Below are positions 36,920-48,897 of a stretch of DNA of 64,000 nucleotides, one piece after another. The first letter of the stretch is position 1. The number at the start of each line of letters is the position of its first letter. A model generated the notes under the pieces. That model saw only the letters and a program-made list of their open reading frames with translations, searched no databases and had not been told where the DNA came from. Origin of the DNA: Leucoraja ocellata (lineage: Eukaryota). The stretch is from positions 4,960,001 to 5,024,000 of the forward strand of contig JAWMAR010000174.1 of the NCBI GenBank assembly GCA_036785375.1, in the 5' to 3' direction. A program made the position numbers and the translations under genes.

Positions 36920-37310
36920 CCCCGCCCGGGCCCGGCCTCTATCGCGGCCGCTTCGCTAGTCGGGCTGTGGGTACCCGAGGCCGGGGCGATCACCCCGCCG
37001 TTTAGTGGGGCCGGTTGGCGGAGGCCGGGGACCCGCGGTGCCGCCACTGCCGCTCCTCCATGTCCCCGCTCCCCACTGCCGTGCCCGGTCTTAGTGCCCC
37101 ACTGCCGTGCCGTGCCGGGTCCTAGTGCCCCACCGCCGTGCCGTGCCCGGTCCTAGTGCCCCACCGCCCCCTCCTCCTCTTCTCTCTCCCACTACTTTCC
37201 CTGCTGTCGACCCGCGCCTTTAACCCTCCCGCCACGAGCCGCTCATTGGCTGCTCTGTCTAGCCACGCCCCTTAAAGGCGCATTGCCGCCGGCGCCTGGG
37301 GATTTATATC
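36920..37310 (-). promoter_or_regulatory. CHSY1 CpG-island 5' leader/promoter with CCAAT box (37245-37249) and Sp/KLF box GCCACGCCCC (37262-37271)
   Basis: Very high GC/CpG content upstream of the ATG; motifs read directly; TSS not determinable. Confidence 0.7.
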
Positions 37311-38039
37311 CCGCCGACAGATACAGTGCTGGAGTAACTCTAGAATCTTTGTAACACAGCTGGTCAGAATATACTTTATTCTGAATAAAGTTTATTTTTG
37401 AAAATGAAAGTTACCGTGCTGTTCCGAGACATCGAGGGCTTTAGGGCCGAGGACACACTGCAGTTGGGTACAACGAATACAGACTGTGTGCAAGCACCAC
37501 AACACTACTGAGCAGAGCAGTGCAGGGTCCGGAGGGGGGACTCCTCAAACAGTGGAAGAGATATCACCACTGGGAGCAAAATGAGCGGCAAAGGTGTTTG
37601 CCAGCACTTTGTATTTTATTTAAAGAAAGATGTGAATATTACTGAGTGCAACACTATAGAATGAATGAACACTAAATATGTATTGAAGAATTTTGCAGTT
37701 TTTGTTTTATATATTTTTTATTCTTAATAAAGTTCATTTTTGAAATTCAAATCAAACTGGAATATACTGCATGAAGATTATGTACCATAATTTGTGACAT
37801 TACAGTGACCATCTTCAGAGCATTTATTCAGCTGTGAAGCAAAGAGCTCTGCTATAGGATCTTTGCTGTGAAGAGCTTCATGATGTCCTGTTGAAAAAAA
37901 GCGCCTGCATTTACATAGTAGCAATTGGCCTCCTTTCTGAGAACCTCAAGGTGTGTGACTGCCAAAGTACTTAAAGATGGTGAAATGCAATATGGAAACA
38001 GGCCCTTTGCCCAACCAACCACCCACCCACCCATTAACA

Positions 38040-38346
38040 CTAGAACATAGAATAGAAACATAGAAAAATAGGTGCAGGAGTAGGCTATTTGGCCCTTCGA
38101 GCCTGCACCACCATTCAATATGATTATGGCTGATCATCCAACTTAGTATCCTGAACCTGCCTTCTCTCCATACCCCATGACCCCTTTAGCCACAAGGGCC
38201 ACATCTAACTCCCTCTTAAATATAGCCAATGAACTGGCCTCAACTACCTTCTGTGGCAGAGAATTCCACAGATTCACCACTCGGTGTGAAAAATGTTTTT
38301 CTCATCTCGGTCCTAAAAGATTTCCCCCCTATCCTTAAACTGTGAA
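38040..38346 (-). mobile_element. CR1 3' end
   Basis: High similarity to the 28320 and 49440 copies. Confidence 0.92.
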
Positions 38347-38723
38347 CTAATCGGGGGCCGCCAAGGAAAAGAGAGGGGGCAGGGGAAGATGATGAATGGA
38401 CCAACTATATTTCAGGGTACTTTGTAGCATTGTCAGCACATTGTGGTGAATCTTGTACTGTGTATGCAAAAAACTATTTAATTGTACCTTCACGGTATGT
38501 GACAATAAAGTGTATATCTATCTAGAACTAATTTAATCCAATTCTCTCCAAACTACTCCATTAAGTATTTTTGAGGTACAATCAGTCTTGTAAAGTTAAA
38601 CCAAAGTTATAAAAGTTTTATAACAAACGTTTGATCATGCTTGTCGGTATTAAAACCCAATAGATTCCCCTTTGGCTTAAATCAGTGCATCTTGGCTGGA
38701 GATTTTGCCCAATAACTTGCTTC

Positions 38724-39150
38724 ATAGGTTTACAAGAATGATTCCAGGAATGAGTGGGTTAGCATATGATGAGCGTTTGACAGCACTGGGCCTCCACTCA
38801 CTGGAATTTAGAAGGTTGAGAGGGGACATCATTGAAACATATAGAATGGTGAAAGCCATAGATATGGAAATGGAGTGGATATGGAAAGGATGTTTCCACT
38901 GGTGGGAGATTCTAGAACCAGAGGTTATAGCCTCAGAATTAAATGGCACTGTTTTAGAAAGGTGGTGAGGAAGAACTTTGTTTGTCAGAGGGTAGTTAAT
39001 TTGTGGAAGGCCAAGTCAGTAGATATTTTTAAATCAGAAATACATTGAATCTTGATTAGAGCAGGTATCAAGGGTAATGGGAAGAAGGCAGAGATCAGAC
39101 ATGATTGAATAGTGGAGTAGAATCAATGGCTGAATGGCCTAATTCTAACT
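38724..39150 (+). mobile_element. CR1 3' fragment (older subfamily)
   Basis: RFTRMIPGMSGLAYDERL..LEFRRLRGD peptide. Confidence 0.88.
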
Positions 39151-40519
39151 TGTGAAAACCCCAGGTTGTATTTTGGAAGTTAAACGCATCAAATCTCTGC
39201 ATTTAATCTAGGTATTTGAACTCCATCAGCATAGGGCAAAGTGCAACAAAGGTTGACTAGACTGATTCCTGGGATGGTGGGACTGCCCTGTGAAGAGACA
39301 GTCAACAATGTATATATTTATTCAAGTTAATGTTTGGGATCGGATTGAAAATTAGAATTTTGACATGGTTTGACTGGCTGCAAAGAGCATATTTCCCGAC
39401 TTGAAAATCTGAAATAACGTTTCAGCTATCCATGTCCTCCAAAGATGCTGTCTGACCCACTGAGTTACTCCAGCATTTTGTATAGTATTCTGTACTGTTC
39501 ACATTTGCCTCCAGTGCTCTCACAGGTAAAGAGCAATCAATTTGTCCTCTCACACCCCACATTTTGCTGCACGGTGACCCCAACATGACAGGCCATCAAC
39601 CTGAAATATTAACCGTGTCTTTCTCCTGACCTGTTAGGTATATTCTGGTTTTACCTTAAATATTCCTGAAGGGGATTTTGCAGCAAAGGGGTAGGTCTCA
39701 TCCTCTGGTGGCAGACAACTATAAAAAGTCCAATGGCCAAGAACAAGATATAACTCACGTGGAGGTGATTGTCGTGTGCATGCCCGAGCCAAAGCAAAAT
39801 ACAAATAAGTAGGTAGGAAATTGAATAGGTTAGAATGCAACTTCCATTCAACTTTGCTTCTGGAGTTACAGAAAAACAAATGAAGGGTTAAAACATTGTG
39901 GCTCGTTCAAGCTGAATGTTGTCTATTCAGTGGATTTACTTCCACTAATAAGATCTCAGATGTGACCTTAGTACAGCTAATTTATGATCTCATAAATTGT
40001 TTGAAATTGGGAGGTTTGATTTGATCAGCAGTATTCACGGATCTGTGTGCTTTATTGATATTTATTTTTTACCTTGCAGGACACAGTGATATTGGTTCAA
40101 CTTCACGTAATTTGCTAAAACATTTTTCTTTGTTGTGCCTTGGCTCAGATATTTTTACTCTGAAGTTGGCAAACTCTTTCTTCACTGAAAACCATGCAAA
40201 TGTTAAGGCCTGTTTCAGTGATTAATAACATGAATCAGCTGTAGGCTCCTTGAATCATGGCTGATCTAATCTTGACCTTAATGTCACTTTTCTTCTCGCC
40301 GCCCCCCAGACCTCTTATAGTTAATGCCACATGACCTGAAGTAGTGTTTCAGTATATGTTAGGGAGGAACTGGGAAACATGGCATAAAGGCAAAAGAAAA
40401 ATCACAATAAGAGCTGATGTAGAGATAAAGGAGAACGGGCGCAACATATATAATCAATAATACAATGGATTAATAATCAGTAATATTGTGTAATCATCCC
40501 GGCATTAGCATTACGATTA

Positions 40520-40800
40520 ATGCCCCACAGCACCGGAGACCCGGGTTCGATCCAGGTCTCGGGTGCTGTCTGTGTGGAATTTGCACGTTTTCCCTGTGAC
40601 CGCGTGGGTTTCCTGGGGGTGCTCCGGTTTCCTCCCACATCCCAAAGACGTGCGGGTTGTAGGTTGTAGGCCCTCTGTAAATTGCCCCCTAGTGTGTAGG
40701 GAGTGGATAAGTGGGATAACAGAACCAGTGTGAATGGGTGATCGATGGTCAGCAGTGACTCGATGGGCCGAAGGGCCTGTTTCCGCACTGTATCTTTGAA
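40520..40800 (+). mobile_element. tRNA-derived V-SINE (HE1-like), near full length
   Basis: B box GGTTCGATCC, V-domain GTGGGTTTCC..GTGCTCCGGTTTCCTCCCACA and CR1-derived 3' tail GGGCCGAAGGGCCTGTTTCC. Confidence 0.88.
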
Positions 40801-41878
40801 CTAATTATAATATTGATCAAATCAAGACTTACCCATCGGATTTGAATATGAACAATATTATCCCAGAGTATTTGAATGGCATTTACTGGATAATCCCTGA
40901 GGTTATTCTTTGTAAAGTGAAGGGAAAAGTTCATCTCTACAAGTTTCATTTTCTGAAGTTAATTTGTAGTTTATATTTACCATTTTGCCTTTGCTTATTT
41001 GGTCGCGCGATACAAGATTTACACTTAAAGATGAACAAAATATCAATTTAAAGACAGATATCAACTAATTTCCCCGATTGACTATGAATATCGATTTCTT
41101 TAACATCTCCTTTCTCTCCGTCCATCCCCCACCCGACTACTACCTGGTACTAGCTGCAAAGTCGCTTTGTTGGGTCTCATTGTGTGAGAAGGAACGACCT
41201 TAGAAGGGGCACGGCCAGAAACGTCACCCATTCCTTCTCTCCAGAGACGCTGCCTGATCCATGTTGTTCACCAGGGCGAATTCGGCACAGAGACTAACGG
41301 TAGTGGTGCAACACTTCCCATGCCCCAGGACTCTTGCAGTGAGGCTGCTCCATGGCCGGAGCTGCAGCGAGCGACTCGCCAGCCCGGAAAACACTCGCCA
41401 GCCCCAGCTTCCCAACTGCATCTGCATCTGTCCCGCCGCTGCTTCTGCTGCCATCCCTCCCTCAGCCCCGGCTCTCCAACACCCGCGGCCCATGCAGCTG
41501 ATATGAGTTTTGAAATTCTCGTTGATCACAGAATTTCTCATGACAGAGCGTGAGAAATTTGTGATCGGCGTGAGAATTCATCGAAATGCGCGAGTCTCAT
41601 GCTCAAATACCTGACTGATGAATGCAAGCATGCCACACCCCATATATATTTCATGAGAAGATGGCATATGTTGCATTTTTCACGTAAATTTTGATCAAAT
41701 TATGACCTGAGAAAATACCCTATGATTTTTATACAAGAAGCCTAATTATGCTATCCATCTGAAGGCTCAGCTGCTTTACAGTTGGTTGGTGTAGTTACAA
41801 GTTACCCTGTATGGCAATATTCTGCAAACATATCAAAATGAACGCAAAAATGTATACTACAGATACTAGCAATCAGAT

Positions 41879-42001
41879 ACATAGAAACATAGAAATTAGG
41901 TGCAGGAGTAGGCCATTCGGCCCTTCGAGCCTGCACCGCCATTTAATATGATCATGGCTGATCATCCAACTCAGTATCCCGTACCTGCCTTCTCTCCATA
42001 C
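41879..42001 (-). mobile_element. 5'-truncated young CR1 tail
   Basis: Nearly identical to the last 120 nt of the 49440-50257 copy. Confidence 0.9.
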
Positions 42002-43736
42002 AAAAACAGGATATCCTGGGAACACTCAGCAAGTTAGGCAAGTATCTGTGGAAAGCTAACATACTCATAACAATCCTGGTCTCACTCCTCCACATAGTCC
42101 CTTTGTCCTTTCCATTTACCCTTTTATTTTGCCTTTACAGCAATTAAAACCAACTTGTTTATTTTCCTCTTTCCAAGTTCTAATGAAGGGTCTTTGACTT
42201 GAAACATAACTCACTCTTTTCAGAGAATCTGTTGTGTTTTGATTTTGCTAGTTAGTGTAGCATCTTCAAGTACTCCAGTTAATGTAGCAACCAAGAATCC
42301 ATCAACAGTGTATTTAAACAGTGTGTACTGAACATTTTAAACCATATTCAATTATTTATTCACATGCATCCCTATGTGACCAATCATATGTTCACAAACC
42401 ATGAAATCATTTACCAATTGAGCCTATGCTAGTTCTTTAGTGTAAACCCAAATTAATCTTCGAATCCGATACCTCTTCAAATATTTATCCAATTTATCAT
42501 GATTTCCTCAGCAAACACTCCCTGTGTGCCACTTGTGACCTTATCTTTTTCAATGTGAACATATCATCACCAATTTACCACTATATTCTTCTTCGATCAT
42601 CTTCAGCCTCTATTTTTACAACAAAATGAAAGAAACAACAAACTCTCAGTTTATCCTTTCAAAACATAATGTCATTCTGAAAACCACCAATTTGTTGGAG
42701 GGTGGATGTGTGTGGTTACAGTCTGGTGCACAGATACAGAAAGAAACATAACTAAGATATGAAGACTCAGATCTGCAGATTCCAACATGTACTAATCCAC
42801 ACACACACATCTGAAGAAGGATCCCAACTCAAAATGCTGTCTATCCTTCCCTCCAGAAGCTACCTGAGCCGCTGAGTTACTCTGTCCGGGCTGCATTGTG
42901 ATGCAGGCAGTGGAAGGTGAAGGGGACGGTCTGCAAGCTTACATTCCACACCCTCAGAAAATACTGTTGTTCCATGGTGGGCTCGGGAGGTGGGACAAGG
43001 CAACCTCAGCATAGGGTAGTGGAGGGATAGTTGCTGGCGGTGGCAGTCAGAGGTTGTGGTGTTGGTGGAGGTGGCTGCAGGAGGCCCGAGAGCAGCCGGG
43101 CAAAGATCATACCTTTCAGAAACTTGGAAGGTTCAAGATGGCGCCTCTCTTCATGCTGTTCTAGGCGAGGTTCTGTGGTGCTGTTGTATGATATCACTTG
43201 CTGGACAGCATGCAGAACAAGCATTTCACGGTATTTCTGCACATACCATTGAACATGGATCTAAAGTTCAAGAGTGTTTACTTGTCAAATGCACAGGAAG
43301 TGATCCGGAAGAATTAATTTCTTACTCGCTGCAGCTTTACAGCCTGTCCCACTGAGTACATACACTATTTCAGCCTGTCCACTGAGTACATACACTATTT
43401 CAGCCCGTTCCCACTCACGTTGTCTGGCCTACTGAGTGTTCCATCATGATACCGTTTTATTGTAGAAACGCACCCAGGTCAACGTGTAAATATACGCATG
43501 GATTCACACATTCTTACAAGCACACAAATCAAACAGAAACCTTCATTATCACAGAAACACACTCAATAATGTACAGAAATACCTACAGAAATTACTAGTG
43601 GCAAATTCAAACACATTGGATCTTCAGAATCATGCATGCACAAAGATTAACACAAATATACGCATGTATTTCATGAATATTCAAAGACACCCATGGGTGG
43701 AGTCTTTACCGGTGCATGCATATGTACATATAAATA

Positions 43737-43739
43737 CGC

Positions 43740-43775
<36 letters not shown>
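43737..43775. repeat. (CA)n microsatellite within a degenerate CA-rich region
   Basis: Read directly. Confidence 0.9.
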
Positions 43776-43778
<3 letters not shown>

Positions 43779-44642
43779 TTTACAGGAATAAAAAGCCATG
43801 TACAAATTTCTACCTAAGCATGCAATAAATTCACAAAAGTTATAGATTTAACGAAACACCATGTCACAGTTTACAGAAATGTTCAGGTAGATACAGAGAT
43901 ATTGATATGGATCTGCAGAAAGATAAACATTCATCAATCTAAGGATGTACAGAATCTACGAATACACTCAAGAGTACTGAAACTCCAATTTGTGAAAGGT
44001 AACTGACAGATTTGTGCAAACTGGACAGCTCTCTCCAAAAATACACACAAATCTACAAAACTGGCATGCTCTGATCTTTAGAACTCCTCACATATTAAAC
44101 TGTTTGCACAAATCTGCAGACACACATAGAGAACCACTGAAGATTACATTCAGAATCGCACCTGCACACAAAAGTAGAGAAATACAGAAATATCCAGACA
44201 ATTCTTCACAAGTACATACCCACTAAAGTGAACAACAGACATCTACAGAATCACAACTACTCAAATGTCCATGTCAAACCTTCACCACACACAAAGATTT
44301 GCAGAAATATGTATACACAAGGATTAAAAAAAACAGAAACTTACACACAAATGTACAAACAGTCTCCCTTGGGCCCATCATAGAATCTATAGAAACGCAC
44401 CCACAAAGACTGACAGAATTGGATACACAAATATGCAGAATGATACTCAAACAGAATAATAGAGAGGTGCAACACAGGAATAGGCTCTACTGCCCAGCAA
44501 ATCAGAGCCATCTATCATCCCCCTATCTACTCTGATCATACATGTGTCCACAAACATGTCAACAGTTTCCTTCAAATCTAGTTACATGCTCACAGAAACA
44601 CTAAAACTAAAGAACAACGTCCCCATGTCCAAAAAGGTAAGC

Positions 44643-46095
44643 AATAAGCGAGTTCGGTATTCCAAAAACCGCAAGGATTCATGGGATTTGTCAAAGGTCT
44701 TTCACCATAAACAAAAGCGAACTAGCTGGCTGAAGAAACAGTATATAAATTCTCATCTTTGTTCATAATTTATGTGTAAAAATATCTTTAATCTGAGGAA
44801 CAGGGGTGCCGTGTGGTCACATTATAGGAAAGTGAATGTATTCCAGACTAGAACACAACGATGATCGTTTCTGAGTCAAACTATCCTGCTAATACGAATA
44901 CAAATGAGCAATTAAATTCTCGATTCCAGAGAGACTCCCATAAATGGTCAACTCCTCACCCCCCCCCCCCCAAACAAACAGGGTAGCGGGAGAGCGGGGT
45001 AACAGCAACAGAGAGGGGGCAGATGCGAGTGAGAGACAGCGGAGATCACTCACAGACCTGCGCCTCATCCGGTACCTCATGGGTACCCGGCGCCGCAGGT
45101 GCTGTCGAGCCGCAGCTGGGTGTCCCATCCCAGCGGCTCCAGGCCCACAGCCAGCGCGGAGAAGAAGCGCCAACTCCAGCCCAACCCAACTCCCGAGGAA
45201 CCCGCTCGCCGAGGGGCCGGGCACCACCAGTGGCCAACCACACCCCCCCCCCCCCCCCCCCGTGCTGGTGAAGATTGAGGGGGGATCTTATAGAAACTTA
45301 CAAAATTCTTAAGGGGTTGGACAGGCTAGATGCCGGAAAATTATTCCTGATGTTGGGGAAGTCCAGAACAAGGGTCACAGTTCAAGGATAAGGGGGAAAT
45401 CTTTTAGGACCGAGATGAGAAAATCTTTTTTTAAACAGAGAGTGGTGAATCTGTGGAATTCTCTGCCACAGAAGGTAGTTGAGGCCAGTTCATTGGCTAT
45501 ATTTAAGAGGGAATTAGATGTGGCTTTTGTGGCTAAAGGGATCAGGGGGTATGGAGAGAAGGCAGGTACAGGATACCGAGTTGGATGATCATCCATGATC
45601 ATATTGAATGGCGGTGCAGGCCCGAAGGGCCTACTCCTGCACCTATTTTCTATGAGCACCAGCCTTCAATGGGGAAACACACAAAGCGCTGCAGCAATTT
45701 GGCTGCCTCTGCCTCGCCGGCTGCATGCCCGGCCCGACACCTCTGGCCACCCCCAGACAGTGACCAGACATTCGGGAGGGGACTGGAACAGCCCAGCAGC
45801 AACTCAACAGCGCCCACAGCGCCAGAGCTCCGGGCCCGACCCCAGACGAGCACGATCTCGCTCACTCACCAAAGTATAAAGCAATAAAAATGACAAAATA
45901 ATCTTAGTTTTTAACAAAGGAACAATAAACAATAATTCGTAGTTTGAAAGCTGACTCTACCCAGAAGAATCAAACCTGGAAAAAAAGGAAGAAATGAAGG
46001 TGTATATGTACACAGCTCCACTGCTTTCCAGCAATGTTTATGCATAGTGACCTTTGACCCAGGCATGCGCAGTCGGAATACCGAACTCGCTTATT
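44643..46095. mobile_element. Putative non-autonomous DNA transposon bounded by perfect 21-bp inverted repeats, containing nested insertions
   Basis: AATAAGCGAGTTCGGTATTCC (44643-44663) is the exact reverse complement of 46075-46095. Confidence 0.65.
45268..45654 (+). mobile_element. Young CR1 3' end nested in the TIR element
   Basis: High similarity to 49857-50250. Confidence 0.92.
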
Positions 46096-46554
46096 CTAGA
46101 GACTTTTTAACGAAAGCACACATGCACAGATCATTGCGCAGAAACAATTCTATAGAAATAGCCACATGGATTGAAAGAAATGTGCACACTAGACTACAGA
46201 AATCCACACAAAACTGCAGAAGCATGTGCAAGTGTTCATGGAATGATATTCACTCATCTATAAATAGCTCTCTTATCTACAAAAAACGAATTGTCTACAA
46301 AAATACATGTATCTGCACAAACTTCATTTTTACATAAGCATAAAGACATGCACAGGTAGATAGGACAATTAAAAAACAAACACATGCAGATATACGCACA
46401 CAAATCAAGTTTTTTCTCAGGTATCCATAACCAGTGTAGAAAATATACTTAACATAACTACTAATTAAACATTTGGAATCTCAAACATAGTTAATGGTTT
46501 TAATTATCAGCTAAAACAAAATTAATGTATTTATGTTGGTATCAAAACCAAAGA

Positions 46555-46573
46555 TTTAATAAGATGTTTTAAT
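46555..46573 (-). terminator. Candidate SELENOS polyadenylation signals (two ATTAAA)
   Basis: ATTAAA at 46573-46568 and 46560-46555, just downstream of the SECIS. Confidence 0.55.
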
Positions 46574-46579
46574 GTCACT

Positions 46580-46650
46580 ACCCACGCCCATTTTCAGAGA
46601 TCCTCGCTGGCAATGCCATTTACAGGGATAACATCATTCATAGCTGTCAA
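46580..46650 (-). promoter_or_regulatory. SECIS element (type II) in the SELENOS 3'UTR
   Basis: AUGAU-GUUAUCCCUGU-AAA-UGGC(AUU)GCCA-GCGAGGAUCUC-UGAA: AUGA/GA core, unpaired AAA 11-12 nt above it, apical mini-stem. Confidence 0.9.
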
Positions 46651-46800
46651 TTCATATAACGTTTCACTTGAGTAAACAATGCTCTTTACATTAAAAAGTG
46701 AATGATAAAATTTAGGTCTAACAGAAAATTGAAACTAGCTGTAACAAAATAAAATGATTGAAATTGACAAGCTAGGGAGCAGGGTAGAGTGTCCAAAGAT

Positions 46801-46829
46801 GGCCAGTAGCTCTGGTAACGCCACTGACC
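46801..46829 (-). promoter_or_regulatory. Proximal stem-loop of the SELENOS 3'UTR
   Basis: GGUCAGUGGC/GCUACUGGCC 10-bp stem (2 G-U), 9-nt loop, starting 5 nt after the TAG. Confidence 0.8.
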
Positions 46830-46834
46830 GCTCT

Positions 46835-46920
46835 CTAACCTCACGCTCCAGAAGAAGGCCCTCTGTGACCTGGTCTCCACGAACACGAACCACCGCCGTC
46901 ACCCGTCAGGGGATTAAAAC
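46835..46920 (-). CDS. SELENOS: SELENOS exon 6 ([28 protein letters not shown]), Sec UGA at 46843-46841
   Basis: tttcAG acceptor; matches recalled [37 protein letters not shown] ending. Confidence 0.96.
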
Positions 46921-47179
46921 CTGAAAGACCAACAGCAAAATACTGTGACATTTCAAAGAGCATGGAGCAGTCAGAAAATCACACTTTGTGACATGGGGTA
47001 TGGTAGTACATTGGGTACCTAAGTGGATGAGTGCCAAATATTTAGAAATGATCAATGTGCCACCATTGGCAGTGGCACATTCAGTGAAAGAATTAAAAAA
47101 ACTAAGTCTTACACTGCAGATGTCTGTTTGTGCGTGTGGGTCTCTTTACTGGAGTTCTGAGATTACATATGAAGACAGG

Positions 47180-47600
47180 TACAATACATGGAGACATCAC
47201 TGCCATCCAAATGGCCCTCAGCTAGTGAATCTGTACTCCCCCAAGGTCAATATATATGGAAGTATTATTGAGAGCAGCAGGGTGACCACAAGGTGGTGAA
47301 CAGAGTGTACATTATCTGATGCATCCACAGCAGGAGAACAGACCAGACGGGAGGTGCAACCGCAAAAGGACCTACACCACCCAAGCAATGCTCTCATTTC
47401 ACTCCAACATCGGGAAGGCATGGGAGTCGAAAACTGTGACCATCAGGTTAAACAATAGTTTCTTCCCAACAACCATCAGGCTCTTCAACTCTAACCAATG
47501 GACTATGGACTATCTTTGGTTGCACAAAGGACTTGGACATTTTCTTTATTAATTGATTGAATTTATCCATTATATATTATTTATATGTATTGTGTTACAG
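47180..47600 (+). mobile_element. Degraded Rex1/Babar-like LINE 3' fragment
   Basis: ..TIRLNNSFFPTTIRLFN C-terminal motif. Confidence 0.55.
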
Positions 47601-48628
47601 GCAATTAAACACTAGACCAAACTTTGGACCGCAGGGGGAATTGCTTTTGTAAAGAAGATAAATTGAATCCCAAGGCTTGCAACCTGCACTAACTTCCATA
47701 ATTAGTGAAAGGCATCACACACTCAGATTCAAGAAAGTTCATGGAAGTTGGGAGGGAGGGGAGGTAAAGATGAGTGACCCCCACAGGTAAGCTTCTGAGG
47801 ATCAACTGATTTGGCTTTCCAAAGTACAACAGGGATTAAAAATTAACAAAATAAATTACTGGTATTTTAACTGCAGAAATGTTACTATTAAATGTATACA
47901 AAAAAAGTATAGAGAATTAAAATACAAGGCTTCTTAGATTAAAGTTAGTCATACAGCACAGAAAAGGGCCCTTCTGCCCATCTTTCCCACGCCGACCAAG
48001 ATGCCTCTGCTACACTAGGCCCATCTGGTCATGTTTGGCCTATATCCCTTGAAGCCTTCCCTATCCATGTACCTTCAAATGTCTTTTAAATGTTGATATA
48101 GTACCTGCCTCAATTATCTCCTCTAGCTTGTTCCTAATACCCACCTCCCTATGTGAAAACGGTGCCAGTCAGTTTCCTATTAAATCTTTCCTCTCTCCCC
48201 TTAAACATATGCCCCCTGATCTTGATTCCCTAGGCTGGGCAAAAGAGTCTTTGCATTCTTTGTGCATCTGAGAAACTTAGTATTTAGCAGTTCTACTAAA
48301 TGCACTATGATGTTGCTAGTACCTGTTAAACTACTGCAGGAGGCAGAGAAATTGTGCTTCAATCAGTCATACCATAATCAAGGTGACCCAGGTTATCAAC
48401 TCAGGTCACAGATGAACTCCTAAGGCCCGTTGAAGTGATAATGCTACTAATATACTGGAGCTATTAATCAACTCTGCCACAACTTAAGGCGGATATCCTG
48501 GCAATATTTGTTCGAAACAGAGAATAAAATGCAGGGTTAAAGTATTCAATGTCCATGTAAACATGGTTGCTGTTCCCCTGAACACTTGACTCCACACCAG
48601 TGAGTACTTGGTGATTAGGAACACTCAC

Positions 48629-48692
48629 CTCCTCTCAAGGGCTTCTTGTCAGATTTGGGTTTTGTTGCTCTTGGTGTGTTGGATTCTGGCTC
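48629..48692 (-). CDS. SELENOS: SELENOS exon 5 (EPESNTPRATKPKSDKKPLRG)
   Basis: atcAG acceptor and G|GTGAGT donor; matches recalled KSDRKPLRGG. Confidence 0.92.
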
Positions 48693-48807
48693 CTGATATC
48701 AAACAATGATAAAACAACTAATTAGCCCTATTCATCTCATAAACATGAACATTATACATTAAGGACATCTCAATTGTAAATAACTAAACATAACAAGATC
48801 ATGTTAC

Positions 48808-48897
48808 AGGATCTGTGATTGGTTTCCTCCGGGTGCTCTTTCCTTCTTGCAAATTTTCCCAGGCTTGGATTCTCTCCCTTCTTTTCTCTTCTTCAAC
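48808..48897 (-). CDS. SELENOS: SELENOS exon 4 (VEEEKRRERIQAWENLQEGKSTRRKPITDP)
   Basis: gcAG acceptor and GTAACA donor, 90 nt; matches recalled [21 protein letters not shown]. Confidence 0.93.

Noticed and set aside
36022-36959. Plus-strand ORFs antisense to CHSY1 exon 1
   Set aside because: Shadow ORFs of GC-rich coding sequence.
37051-37061. CHSY1 uORF and SELENOS both begin ATGGAGGAGCG (MEER)
   Set aside because: An 11-nt GC-rich match with no further similarity; most likely chance.
40520-40600. tRNA gene
   Set aside because: The B box belongs to a tRNA-derived SINE head; no cloverleaf.
46841-46843. TGA as a premature stop or pseudogene lesion in SELENOS
   Set aside because: Position matches the Sec codon and a SECIS follows.
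48821-48838. 18-nt match of SELENOS exon 4 (opposite strand) to my recalled V-SINE core GGTTTCCTCCGGGTGCTC
   Set aside because: Exon length and flanking peptide are orthologous, and the local SINE copy differs at this spot; treated as coincidence, not exonisation.
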